64,000 bases of DNA from a candidate division FCPU426 bacterium (lineage in GTDB: Bacteria > Oederibacteriota > Muellerivitia > Muellerivitales > Muellerivitaceae). The stretch's first letter is position 1. Each line of letters begins with the position of its first letter. The DNA lies in contig CAVYSE010000020.1 of NCBI GenBank assembly GCA_963771075.1, forward strand, positions 64,001 to 128,000, written 5' to 3'. Positions 7,976 to 18,033 of the stretch are shown piece by piece. Position numbers and translations under genes: made by a program. Under the pieces are notes generated by a model. The model was not told the origin of the DNA. It did not search any database and worked only from the letters and a program-made list of their open reading frames with translations.

Positions 7976-8893
7976 TTGTTGAGCCAGCAGGAACCAAAAT
8001 CCTTTTCGCACCTGAAACAACTTGAAGCGGAGAGCCTGTTCATCATCCGGGAAGTCGTTTCGGAATTCAAAAAACCCGTCATGCTCTATTCGGTGGGGAA
8101 AGATTCTTCCGTCATGCTTCGCCTGGCCCAAAAGGCCTTCCACCCGGGCAAGATTCCCTTTCCCCTGATGCACGTGGACACAAGCTACAAGTTCCCCGAG
8201 ATGTACCAGTTCCGGGACAAATTGATCGCCGACCTGGGCGCCAAGCTTCTGGTGGAACGCAACGAGGATGCTATCTCGGCCGGTTCCAGTCCCTTCAAAT
8301 ACGGGGTGGATAAATGCTGCGCGCTGTTGAAGACCCAGGGACTGTTGGACGCCCTCACCAAGCACGGTTTTGACGCTGCCTTCGGCGGGGCGAGGCGGGA
8401 AGAGGAAAAATCCCGGGCGAAGGAAAGGGTTTATTCATTCCGGGATTCCTTCGGCCAGTGGGACCCCAAGAACCAGCGGCCCGAACTTTGGGACCTCTAT
8501 AACTCCAAGATCAACGAGGGGGAATCCATTAGGGTTTTCCCCCTTTCCAATTGGACTGAACTGGATATTTGGCTCTATATCGAGATGGAAAAGATTCCCG
8601 TGGTACCCATTTACTTTACCCACGAACGAAAGATCATCAAACGCAAGCAACTCCTGATTCCTTGGGCCCCCCATATCCCCCTTTTGCCGGGAGACGAAGT
8701 GAAACAGATGAGGGTTAGGTTCCGGTCCCTGGGATGTATGTCCTGCACGGGTGCCATCGAGTCCGAAGCCTCCAGCTTGCGGGATATCATCGAGGACCTG
8801 GTTTTGACCCGAAAGAGCGAGCGGGAAAATCGCATTATCGATCACGGCTCGGACAGTTCCATGGAGCAAAAGAAAAAAGAAGGATACTTCTAA
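7976..8893 (+). CDS. cysD: Sulfate adenylyltransferase subunit 2
   Basis: [55 protein letters not shown]. Confidence 0.97.
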   Translation: MLSQQEPKSFSHLKQLEAESLFIIREVVSEFKKPVMLYSVGKDSSVMLRLAQKAFHPGKIPFPLMHVDTSYKFPEMYQFRDKLIADLGAKLLVERNEDAISAGSSPFKYGVDKCCALLKTQGLLDALTKHGFDAAFGGARREEEKSRAKERVYSFRDSFGQWDPKNQRPELWDLYNSKINEGESIRVFPLSNWTELDIWLYIEMEKIPVVPIYFTHERKIIKRKQLLIPWAPHIPLLPGDEVKQMRVRFRSLGCMSCTGAIESEASSLRDIIEDLVLTRKSERENRIIDHGSDSSMEQKKKEGYF

Positions 8894-8972
8894 AAGCAGT
8901 CGGCAGCCGACATCTCTAAAGACGTGAATGTGAAAAATTGTTTGTTAACGGTTAACTAAATTGGGAGTCGTA

Positions 8973-10242
8973 ATGACTATCGACGAGAAATCGGAAATCA
9001 GCTACGCGAACATGGGCCTCCTGCGGTTTTCCACCGCGGGTTCGGTGGATGACGGCAAGTCCACCTTGATCGGGCGGCTGCTTTTTGACTCCAAAAGCGT
9101 CTTTGAGGACCAATTGGAGGCCATTCGCAAGACCACCTCCAAAAAGGGAGGGGAAGAGATCGACCTGGCTCTCATCACGGACGGCCTTGCCGCCGAACGG
9201 GAGCAGGGTATCACGATCGACGTGGCCTACCGCTATTTCGCGACTCCCAAGCGCAAGTTTATCATCGCCGACACTCCCGGCCACGAACAATACACCCGCA
9301 ACATGGTCACGGGAGCCTCCACCTCCAACCTGGCGATCATCCTGCTGGATGCCCGTAACGGGGTTATGACCCAATCGAGGCGCCACGGTTTTATCGCAAA
9401 CCTTTTGGGCATCCCCCATCTGGTGGTCGCCATCAATAAGATGGACCTAGTGGATTATTCCCAGGAGGTATTCAACCGCATCCGCGCCGAGTTCGGGGCC
9501 TTCACGAAGGAAATTGGCGCGCCCGAGCCTATGATTATTCCCATTTCCGCGCTCAAGGGCGACAATGTGGTGGAAAAGAGCGGCGCCATGCCTTGGTACC
9601 AAGGGCCCGCGCTTTTGCATTATTTGGAAACCGTGGAGATTAACCGCGACCTGAACCAGGAGGATTTCCGCTTCGCGGTGCAGACCGTGATCCGGCCCAA
9701 CCTGGATTACCGGGGTTTCGCTGGCCGGATCGGCTCGGGCCGAATTCGCCGGGGGGATCGGGTGGTCGTTCTGCCCTCGGGGATCGAGACATCCGTCAGG
9801 GCTATCGACACTTTTGAGGGGGAAATCGAGGAAGCTTTCGCGCCCCTTTGCGTGACCCTGCGCTTGAAAGACGAGGTGGATTTGTCCCGAGGGGACATGC
9901 TCGTCCGCCCCGACAACCGGCCCCAAAGCGGGCCCCTCTTTACCGCCGATCTCTGCTGGATGGTGCAAGAGCCCTTGAACCTCAGGAAAAAGTATTCCCT
10001 CAAGCACACCACCCAGACTGTGAAAGCCATGGTGGTGGACATCGAGTATCGGACCAACATCAACACATTGGATAAGGAGAAAAGTGGATGAACTTGGGAT
10101 GAACGATATCGCCCGGGTCAAGGTCCAATCGCTCAAACCCCTCTATTTTGACCCTTACAAGAAGAACCGCAACACGGGCAATTTCATTCTGATCGATGAG
10201 CTGTCTAATAACACGGTGGCGGCAGGCATGATCGTCGGGTGA
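8973..10242 (+). CDS. cysN: Sulfate adenylyltransferase subunit 1 (GTPase), frameshifted near 10080
   Basis: [33 protein letters not shown]; after one extra A in the GAGAAAAGTG run the protein continues ...LGMNDIARV...[19 protein letters not shown] to 10242; no CysC domain. Confidence 0.9.
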
Positions 10243-10453
10243 AAACGAGCATCCCCTTTTAACAACCTGAAGATCACAAAGTTAAATTTGATGTTTTATT
10301 GAGGATTTTAATGACGTGCTTTATGTTCTTTGTATTCTTTGTGGTGGAAGTTTGGGGTTTTGTTAGAGACTCTAAATCCTATTGCGCATTTTTCATGGTT
10401 TATGGTTAAAATCTACCCTTCACAGCTGATCTTCCGTAAGTAAATGAGGAAAC

Positions 10454-12907
10454 ATGCCTACTGCGCTCATCATTCACGGACATTTTTACCAACCCCCCCG
10501 GGAAAACCCCTGGACGGGGGTCATCGATGACCAACCCAGCGCCCAGCCTTTTTCCAATTGGAATGACCGGGTCTATTATGAGTGCTACCGCCCCAACGCT
10601 TTCGCCCGGGTTTTCGACCTGCGAAGCAACCGCATTGAGAACATCACCAATAATTACGAGTTCCTCAGCTTCAACATGGGCCCCACACTTCTCTCCTGGA
10701 TGGAGGTTTACCATCCCGGTACCTACCGAAAGATCCTATTGGCCGACCAAGAAAGCCAAAAGCACAACAACGGCCATGGCAACGCCATCGCCCAAGGTTA
10801 TAACCATGCCATCCTTCCACTCTGCAATGACGCCGACCGGGTTACCCAGGTCAAGTGGGGGATCGCGGACTTCAAATATCGGTTCGTCCGAGACCCGGAG
10901 TCACTCTGGTGCCCCGAGACCGCCTGCGACGACGCGACCCTGTCGGTATTGATCGACGAAGGCCTGAAGTACGTCATCCTCTCGCCCATTCAGGCCCAGC
11001 GCGTTCGTCCACTTTCCGGGGGCGAGTGGCAGGACGTTTCCAACAGCTCGATTGATCCCAGCCTGGCCTATCGTTATTTTCACCGGGACGGATCGCGTCG
11101 TTCGATCGACATTTTCTTTTATGACATGAACATCGCCAAGTCCATCGCCTTCGAAGGCGCGCTCATCAGCTCCCAAGCCCTGCTTGAAAGAATCGGTCGC
11201 GCAGGCCGAGGCGAGGGACGGGTCATCCAGGCTGCCACCGACGGGGAATCCTATGGCCACCACACCAAATTCGGGGACCGCAGCCTGGCCTATGCCCTTG
11301 AAGTCGAGGCCGCGAACCACGATTACTGGGTCACCAATTATGGGGCTTTCCTGGACAAGAATCCGCCCTCCCAGGAAGTGGAGATCAAGGCCGGGGAGGA
11401 AGGCAAGGGCACTTCCTGGAGTTGCGCCCATGGGGTGGGGCGATGGTACCGGGATTGCGGTTGCGAGACGGGCGGGAGGGAAGGCTGGAACCAGAAATGG
11501 CGGGGCCCCCTGCGCCGGGCATTCGATTACGTGCGGGACACTGTAAATCTCTATTTCGAGGTGGAAAAAGGGAAACTATTCAAGGATCCCTGGGCCGCCC
11601 GCAACGATTACATCCACTTGATCCTTGATCCGAAGGCGTCTCGCGGGGAATTCTTGGAACGCCACGCCGGACGATCCTTGAGGCCAGAGGAAAAGGTGAG
11701 GGCCCTGACCCATTTGGAGATCCAGCGGAACGCCATGCTCATGTATACGAGCTGCGGCTGGTTCTTCAGCGACCTCTCGGGCATTGAGACCACCCAGGTG
11801 ATGAAATACGCCGCCCGGATATTCGACTTCATGTCGGACCTGGGATTGCCTTCCCCCGAAAAGACCTTTTTGGAGATCCTCGCCGAAGCCAAGAGCAATA
11901 TTACCGAGTACGGGTCGGGCGCCGATGTTTACCACCGGTATGCCCAGTCCTGCCGGGTGACTCCCGAGGGCGTGGCCGCCCATCTGGCTATTTCCTATCT
12001 GGTAAACCATCCGCCCGCGAAGGACCGGGTGGGGGGCTATATATATGAGATCAAGGACCAGCGAAAGGAAACCCACGGCCGTTACACCCTGATGACCGGA
12101 AGCGTCATCCTGGAAGAAACTTTTTGCCGGCGCTCAATTCAACTAGCCGTGGCTGGACTGCACCTGGGCGGCATCGACTTTTACGGGGCGGTGAAACCTT
12201 ATCCGGGCGATTCCTCTTTTCTTATGTCCGCCGAGAAGCTCTGGGAAGAGTTTTACGTGGCCTCCCTTCCTAAACTTTTGAGGCTGATCCAGGAACAATT
12301 CGGGCCTCAGGAGTTCGGTGTGGAACAGCTTTTGCCTGAGTCGCGCCAGCGCATCTTCCAGGGCATTTATGGGACCCTGGTGGAGCGTTTTTCGGAGCAA
12401 TATGTGCGCTTGTACGAAGACAATCGGCGCAACCTGGAGATGCTCCAGGCGGTGGGTTTTGAGCTTCCCAAGGAGATTCGGGCTGCCGCGGAGTTCACCT
12501 TCGGGAAAATTTTTGAGGAGGAAATTCAGAAGAAAGAATGGTTCAAGGACGAGGATGCCTACCGGAAAATGCTGGATCTGGCCGATCAGGTGACCCAGCA
12601 CGGCTACCAGGTCGATCGTTTCGTGGCGGAGCACACTTTCCGGAATCTCATCACCGAGATCGTGGAAAAGGCCGTCGCCGAGCCGACCGAGGAAAACCTG
12701 AACGCGGCTTTGGCGGTGGTGCACCTGACCAAAAAACTGGGCCTGCACCATAACCTCTACCTGGGACAGGAAGCGGTTTTTGAGGCGGCGGAAAAACCGA
12801 CTGACTTTGCCAAATTCATCCCCCTATCCGACTTGCTGGACTTGAGGACGGACCTGTTGCTTGCCAAGAACAAGGAACTTTTGAAAATTACTACCCCCAA
12901 GGTTTAA
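10454..12907 (+). CDS. GH57-family glycoside hydrolase with DUF3536 domain
   Basis: IHGHFYQPPRENPW, YNHAILPL, WCPET, ATDGESYGHH, SWSCAHGVGRW, MYTSCGWFF. Confidence 0.88.
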   Translation: MPTALIIHGHFYQPPRENPWTGVIDDQPSAQPFSNWNDRVYYECYRPNAFARVFDLRSNRIENITNNYEFLSFNMGPTLLSWMEVYHPGTYRKILLADQESQKHNNGHGNAIAQGYNHAILPLCNDADRVTQVKWGIADFKYRFVRDPESLWCPETACDDATLSVLIDEGLKYVILSPIQAQRVRPLSGGEWQDVSNSSIDPSLAYRYFHRDGSRRSIDIFFYDMNIAKSIAFEGALISSQALLERIGRAGRGEGRVIQAATDGESYGHHTKFGDRSLAYALEVEAANHDYWVTNYGAFLDKNPPSQEVEIKAGEEGKGTSWSCAHGVGRWYRDCGCETGGREGWNQKWRGPLRRAFDYVRDTVNLYFEVEKGKLFKDPWAARNDYIHLILDPKASRGEFLERHAGRSLRPEEKVRALTHLEIQRNAMLMYTSCGWFFSDLSGIETTQVMKYAARIFDFMSDLGLPSPEKTFLEILAEAKSNITEYGSGADVYHRYAQSCRVTPEGVAAHLAISYLVNHPPAKDRVGGYIYEIKDQRKETHGRYTLMTGSVILEETFCRRSIQLAVAGLHLGGIDFYGAVKPYPGDSSFLMSAEKLWEEFYVASLPKLLRLIQEQFGPQEFGVEQLLPESRQRIFQGIYGTLVERFSEQYVRLYEDNRRNLEMLQAVGFELPKEIRAAAEFTFGKIFEEEIQKKEWFKDEDAYRKMLDLADQVTQHGYQVDRFVAEHTFRNLITEIVEKAVAEPTEENLNAALAVVHLTKKLGLHHNLYLGQEAVFEAAEKPTDFAKFIPLSDLLDLRTDLLLAKNKELLKITTPKV

Positions 12908-13194
12908 TGGCGTAAACCCAAACTGGTTTTTAGTCAAGGATACATAGGATTCATTCGGATAAAGAATAGAGAATACAACTAGGAGCCTGTGACAAAATTA
13001 TTTCCATCACGCCACGTTCCGACCTCGAAGATTGTTAATTAAGAGACGGCTTGTGGCAGATTCTTTTCGAAAAGGTTGTTATGTCGTGTTACAGGGACTT
13101 ATTTTACGTGCCTGTAAAGTCCATCGGTTTTTCCCTAACCTCCCTTATGTGTTAATCTGTACACGCTGAAATTATCCATTCTGAGGTGCCTTAA

Positions 13195-15477
13195 GTGCCT
13201 GCCCCGAGAAAAAAAGCCAAAACTGCTCCCAAAGCTCTGAAACCTAAGACGACCGCCCGACCGCCCCAAAGAGGTGTGGGAAAGGCCTCTTCAGACAAGG
13301 AAGCGGTCCTTCCGCCTTCCGCCAAGGCCATCCTTCAGTTCAACCAGCGGGACCCCCATTCCTACCTCGGTATGCATCCGGGGACCGAGGGCGTAACCTT
13401 GCGTGTTTACCGGCCCGAGGCCCTGACGGTCACCGTGTCCGGGCCTGGTTTTAAACCTATTTCCCTAAAGTCCCTGGGTTCCGGTTTTTTCGAGGGGCTG
13501 GTGCCCGGCAAAAAAGAATTAGCCCCTTACTCCCTGACGGTGGTTTACCTCAACGACCGAACTTTTACCTACATGGACCCCTATGCCTTTTGGCCCACCT
13601 TGGGCGAGATGGACCTCTACCTTTTGGGCGAGGGAAACCATGAAAGACTTTTCGAGAGGATGGGCGCCCATGTGATGGAGTGGCAGGGCGTGACCGGCGT
13701 GGCCTTTGCCGTATGGGCTCCCGGCGCCAAGAGTGTCAGCTTGGTGGGGGATTTCAACGGATGGGACGGGCGATTGCATCAGATGCGCTGTTTGGGTTCC
13801 TCAGGTATCTGGGAAATCTTCATGCCCGAGCTGAGGGCGGGGGACAAATACAAGTATGAGATCAGGCCTTCCCAAGGCGGCTACCTATTGAAGGCTGACC
13901 CCTTTGCCTTCGAGGCTGAAAAGCCTCCCAAGACCGCCTCCGTCATCTACCAGAGCCATTACCGGTTCCATGACATGGACTGGATGAGCCACCGGTCGGA
14001 GAACGCCAGCCTCAAACAGGCCGTTTCCGTCTATGAACTGCATTTGGAGTCCTGGAAAAAAGTCCCGGAGGAGAACAATCGCCCCCTCAACTACCGAGAA
14101 ATCGCGGTCGATCTCGCCGATTACCTGAATGAGCTGGGATTCACCCACGTGGAACTGATGCCGGTCATGGAGCATCCTTTTGGCGGTTCCTGGGGTTACC
14201 AGGTCTCGTCCTATTACGCTCCGACCTCTCGTTTCGGTTCGCCGGACGATTTCAAATTCTTCGTGGATCATCTGCACCAAAAGGGCATCGGGGTGATCCT
14301 GGATTGGGTGCCCGCTCATTTCCCGAAGGATGATTTCGCACTGGGCCGTTTCGACGGTTCGGGCCTCTATGAGCATATCGACCCCCGACAGGGGGAGCAT
14401 CCCGATTGGGGGACCTACGTCTTCAACTTCGGGCGGAACGAGGTGCGCAATTTTCTGCTTTCCAACGCCCTCTATTGGCTTTCGGAGTTCCACGTAGATG
14501 GTTTGAGGCTTGACGCGGTGGCTTCCATGCTTTACCTGGACTACAGCCGGGAAGATGGGGAATGGATCCCCAACCAGTTCGGGGGGAATGAAAACCTGGA
14601 GGCGATCGCCTTCCTAAAGAGACTCAACGAGTTGGCCTACGCCAAATTTCCAGGTGTCCTGATGATCGCGGAGGAGTCGACCGCCTGGCCCGGGGTGAGC
14701 AAACCCACCTACACGGGGGGGCTGGGCTTCGGCTACAAGTGGAACATGGGGTGGATGCACGACACGCTCTATTATTTTAGCCGGGACCCCATCCACCGCC
14801 GATATCACCACAATAACCTGACCTTCGGCTTTCTCTACGCCTGGAGCGAGAATTTCATGCTGCCCCTTTCTCACGATGAGGTGGTGCACGGCAAAGGCTC
14901 CATGATCGACAAGATGCCGGGGGACCGCTGGCAGAAGTTCGCCAACCTGCGCTCCCTATACGGCTATATGTGGGCGCATCCAGGCAAAAAGCTATTGTTC
15001 ATGGGCAGCGAATTCGCCCAGTTCAACGAGTGGAATCATAACGCCAGCCTCGATTGGCATCTGACCCAATATGCCGACCATTGGCGTATGCAGGACCTCA
15101 TCCGGGATCTGAATAAAATTTACAAGGAAAATCCGGCCCTCCATGAGGCGGACACGGATCCTGCGGGCTTCCAATGGGTGGACGTGAACAACGCGGATGA
15201 GAACATCGTGGCTTTTTTACGCAAATCCCCCGCGACGGGAAAACAAATCCTTTGTGTGGGCAACTTCTCGCCTGTGATTCGCTACAACTACCGGGTAGGC
15301 CTACCCAAGTGGGGATACTATAAGGAAATCCTCAACACCGATTCTCACATCTATGGGGGAAGCAACTTTGGAAACGCTGGCGGTGTTCATTCCGAGGAAG
15401 TGCCCTACCAGGGCCAGCCCCACTCGGCTGTTGTAAACCTTCCGCCCCTTGCGACCCTTTGGTTCGAGGCGCCTTGA
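13195..15477 (+). CDS. glgB: 1,4-alpha-glucan branching enzyme
   Basis: FAVWAP, SWGYQ, LDWVPAHF, GLRLDAVASMLY, IAEEST, LSHDEVVHGK. Confidence 0.97.
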   Translation: MPAPRKKAKTAPKALKPKTTARPPQRGVGKASSDKEAVLPPSAKAILQFNQRDPHSYLGMHPGTEGVTLRVYRPEALTVTVSGPGFKPISLKSLGSGFFEGLVPGKKELAPYSLTVVYLNDRTFTYMDPYAFWPTLGEMDLYLLGEGNHERLFERMGAHVMEWQGVTGVAFAVWAPGAKSVSLVGDFNGWDGRLHQMRCLGSSGIWEIFMPELRAGDKYKYEIRPSQGGYLLKADPFAFEAEKPPKTASVIYQSHYRFHDMDWMSHRSENASLKQAVSVYELHLESWKKVPEENNRPLNYREIAVDLADYLNELGFTHVELMPVMEHPFGGSWGYQVSSYYAPTSRFGSPDDFKFFVDHLHQKGIGVILDWVPAHFPKDDFALGRFDGSGLYEHIDPRQGEHPDWGTYVFNFGRNEVRNFLLSNALYWLSEFHVDGLRLDAVASMLYLDYSREDGEWIPNQFGGNENLEAIAFLKRLNELAYAKFPGVLMIAEESTAWPGVSKPTYTGGLGFGYKWNMGWMHDTLYYFSRDPIHRRYHHNNLTFGFLYAWSENFMLPLSHDEVVHGKGSMIDKMPGDRWQKFANLRSLYGYMWAHPGKKLLFMGSEFAQFNEWNHNASLDWHLTQYADHWRMQDLIRDLNKIYKENPALHEADTDPAGFQWVDVNNADENIVAFLRKSPATGKQILCVGNFSPVIRYNYRVGLPKWGYYKEILNTDSHIYGGSNFGNAGGVHSEEVPYQGQPHSAVVNLPPLATLWFEAP

Positions 15478-15497
15478 TTCCATTGGGGAATTGAAGA

Positions 15498-15526
15498 TTG
15501 CGACCCAATAATCCACTCCCTATAAT
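15498..15526 (+). promoter_or_regulatory. Sigma70-type promoter upstream of accA
   Basis: TTGCGA-N17-TATAAT. Confidence 0.6.
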
Positions 15527-15585
15527 GACCGGGTTTTGGCGGGGGTAACAAAGGATTTGGAAATTGAGAGGCCCGCTTGCCCCAA

Positions 15586-16479
15586 ATGAATAAGCCTTCG
15601 AGATTATTAAAGGAAGCCATGAAGACCAAAATCGCCCATAAAAAAACACCCTCCAAAAAGAAACCCAAGTCCAAAAAAGCCACAACGGCCTGGGATCGGG
15701 TCCAACTGGCCCGCCACGCCCAAAGACCTTTCATGATGGACTATATTCCACGTATTTTTCACGAGTTCGTGGAAGTGCATGGAGACCGTGCTTTTGGCGA
15801 CGACCCGGCCATGGTCACGGGCTTCGCCCTGCTGGAGGGCCTGCCGGTAGCGGTAGTGGGCCAGCAAAAGGGGCACGATACCAAGGAAAATATCCGTAGA
15901 AATTTCGGCATGTCCCAGCCGGAGGGCTACCGTAAGGCCTTGCGGGTGATGAAATTGGCCGAGAAATTCCATAAACCCATCATCACCTTTATCGACACGG
16001 CTGGGGCCTATCCTGGATTGGGCGGGGAAGAAAGGGGACAGGCGGAAGCCATCGCCCGAAACCTCCTGGAAATGGCGAAACTGAAAACCCCTATTATCTC
16101 GATCATTCTGGGCGAGGGCGGAAGCGGTGGAGCCATTGGAATCGGCGTGGCCAACAAAGTACTCATGATGGAAAACGCCTGGTATTCGGTGATCTCGCCC
16201 GAGGGTTGCGCGGCCATCCTTTGGAATGACCGGGAAAAGATCCAGCAAGCTTCAGAGGTTTTAAGGCTTTCGGCGCCGGACCTCATGAGATTTAAGGTCA
16301 TCGATGAGATCATCCCAGAACCCGTGGGCGGCGCCCAGTTAGATCACGAGAAAACATCTGCCACACTGAAAACCGCCATCTTGAAACATTTAAGACCACT
16401 CTTGAAATTGAGCCCCAAAGCTCTCGAGGAACAACGCTACAAAAAGTTTCGTGCAATGGGTCAAATTAAAGAAAAGTAA
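15586..16479 (+). CDS. accA: Acetyl-CoA carboxylase carboxyltransferase alpha subunit
   Basis: HGDRAFGDD, PEGYRKALR, DTAGAYPG, GEGGSGGA, SVISPEGCAAILW; start uncertain. Confidence 0.95.
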   Translation: MNKPSRLLKEAMKTKIAHKKTPSKKKPKSKKATTAWDRVQLARHAQRPFMMDYIPRIFHEFVEVHGDRAFGDDPAMVTGFALLEGLPVAVVGQQKGHDTKENIRRNFGMSQPEGYRKALRVMKLAEKFHKPIITFIDTAGAYPGLGGEERGQAEAIARNLLEMAKLKTPIISIILGEGGSGGAIGIGVANKVLMMENAWYSVISPEGCAAILWNDREKIQQASEVLRLSAPDLMRFKVIDEIIPEPVGGAQLDHEKTSATLKTAILKHLRPLLKLSPKALEEQRYKKFRAMGQIKEK

Positions 16480-16521
16480 CCGTCCCAACATGTTTGTTGC
16501 CCAAAGAAACCAAAATCAAAA

Positions 16522-17325
16522 ATGAACACACTCCGGCAACCAGAAAAACCCATCTTGCTATACAGCCCAATGAAGATTTCTTTTTTTATTCATCTTATCC
16601 TTATTTCAACCGCTTTTTGCCTCATGGCTCCGAATGGGGTTTTAGCAGGTCCACGGATTGTGCTTTATGCGGCGCATGGAGGAGATGACACGGGCGTCAG
16701 CGGCAAGGGACAACTTGAGAAAACATGGAACCTGAAAGTGGCCCAGTCCCTGCAAAAGGCTTTGTCGGCGGACGGGTTTGACGTGGTGATGGTGCGAACC
16801 AAGGATGAATCCATTCCAGACGATCAATGGGTGGCCCAGGCCAATGGATCGGGTGCGGGAGCCGTTTTGGTGATCCACGCCGAACGGGAATGGACAGGCC
16901 AAATGAGCGGTCCCCTTGCCGTAGTGGAACCCCCCACGAGCATGAACACCCCGGAAACCCAAGGAATTCAGCGATGGGGATCCATCCCCGTTTCCCGCTT
17001 CCGACAGAGTTTGCGGCTCGCCAAGGCCCTGACCCAGGCTTGGGGGAAAAACGCCCAGCTTTCCAACCTGTCCGACAGCCGGGCCCTGCCGGGCGAAAGC
17101 ATTTCACCGGACGGGAGGGTCCTAGCCTGCGCCCACCAATCCCTTCGCTACTTGATCCTTCCGGCCGTGGTAATTGAACCCCTCTTTTTGACTTCTTCTC
17201 AGGATCTCAAACGCATGTCGAACGATGAGGGGCTGCAAGATTTCGTATCGAAAACGGCGCTGGGACTTCATTCTTTTTTTTCAGATGTACCCTTGAAAGG
17301 TTTTACGAATGGTTTTAGAGATTAA
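16522..17325 (+). CDS. N-acetylmuramoyl-L-alanine amidase (Amidase_3 family)
   Basis: AHGGDDTG, EKTWNL, VIHA, PAVVIEPLFLTS correspond to the Zn ligands and catalytic Glu; start may be 16570. Confidence 0.7.
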   Translation: MNTLRQPEKPILLYSPMKISFFIHLILISTAFCLMAPNGVLAGPRIVLYAAHGGDDTGVSGKGQLEKTWNLKVAQSLQKALSADGFDVVMVRTKDESIPDDQWVAQANGSGAGAVLVIHAEREWTGQMSGPLAVVEPPTSMNTPETQGIQRWGSIPVSRFRQSLRLAKALTQAWGKNAQLSNLSDSRALPGESISPDGRVLACAHQSLRYLILPAVVIEPLFLTSSQDLKRMSNDEGLQDFVSKTALGLHSFFSDVPLKGFTNGFRD

Positions 17326-17953
17326 ACCCAAATACGGACCGTCCATCCGACGCGGTTTGATCGCTTGGCTTTTTCTAGGCCTTGGCCTTACCACACTGGT
17401 GGCGTTTAGTTGGTGGAAATGGAAGCACCACGTCGCATCGGCTCCGATCCAACTTGCGGGGCAGCCATTGGAGCAAACCCCGCTCTTTAACCCCCATGAC
17501 AAGCCCATGACGATCGTGCTGAAGGGTTGGGATATCGAATCGGGTCGTGTGGTGGGTTTCAAAACGGTGATTCATCAAAGTAAGAACCGATACAACCAGA
17601 TCAAACAGGCGGTTTTGGCCTTTTTGCATGGTCCCCGGCAAGGAAAGATCCAGGTGCCCGTTCCAGAGGGGATGGAGCTCAACCAGCTTTACCTGACACC
17701 GGAGGGTCTGGCGGCCGTGGACCTCGAAATGGATGGGGTTCAGGATGACGCCTTCGGATTCTTTGAGGAGGTCCTCTTCGTGAGGACTTTGATCGGATCC
17801 CTGTCTAGTAATTTTTTCGAGGTGAAACAGGTGAAAATCCTGGTGGACGGGAAAGACGCCCCTTTAATGGCGGGGCATTACGCCCTGGGCACATCCGAGG
17901 TCAATGTACCACTGGCCGCATCCAAACCAAAAGTTCCCACCAACATTCCCTAA
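17309..17953 (+). CDS. GerMN-domain membrane-anchored protein
   Basis: N-terminal TM helix; LHGP...VPEG...AAVDL...VKQVKILVDGK; typical neighbour of amidase genes. Confidence 0.75.
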   Translation: MVLEIKPKYGPSIRRGLIAWLFLGLGLTTLVAFSWWKWKHHVASAPIQLAGQPLEQTPLFNPHDKPMTIVLKGWDIESGRVVGFKTVIHQSKNRYNQIKQAVLAFLHGPRQGKIQVPVPEGMELNQLYLTPEGLAAVDLEMDGVQDDAFGFFEEVLFVRTLIGSLSSNFFEVKQVKILVDGKDAPLMAGHYALGTSEVNVPLAASKPKVPTNIP

Positions 17954-18033
17954 AAGGGAAGGCTTGTTTAACTTGCAAAGGGCCAAAAACCCCGTTATTT
18001 TCATTGGCTCAACCCCGTTTCCCAGGAATAAAA

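Noticed and set aside
10078..10091. Programmed frameshift in cysN
   Set aside because: Only a short A run with no obvious slippery heptamer or stimulator; similar indels elsewhere in the window point to sequencing error.
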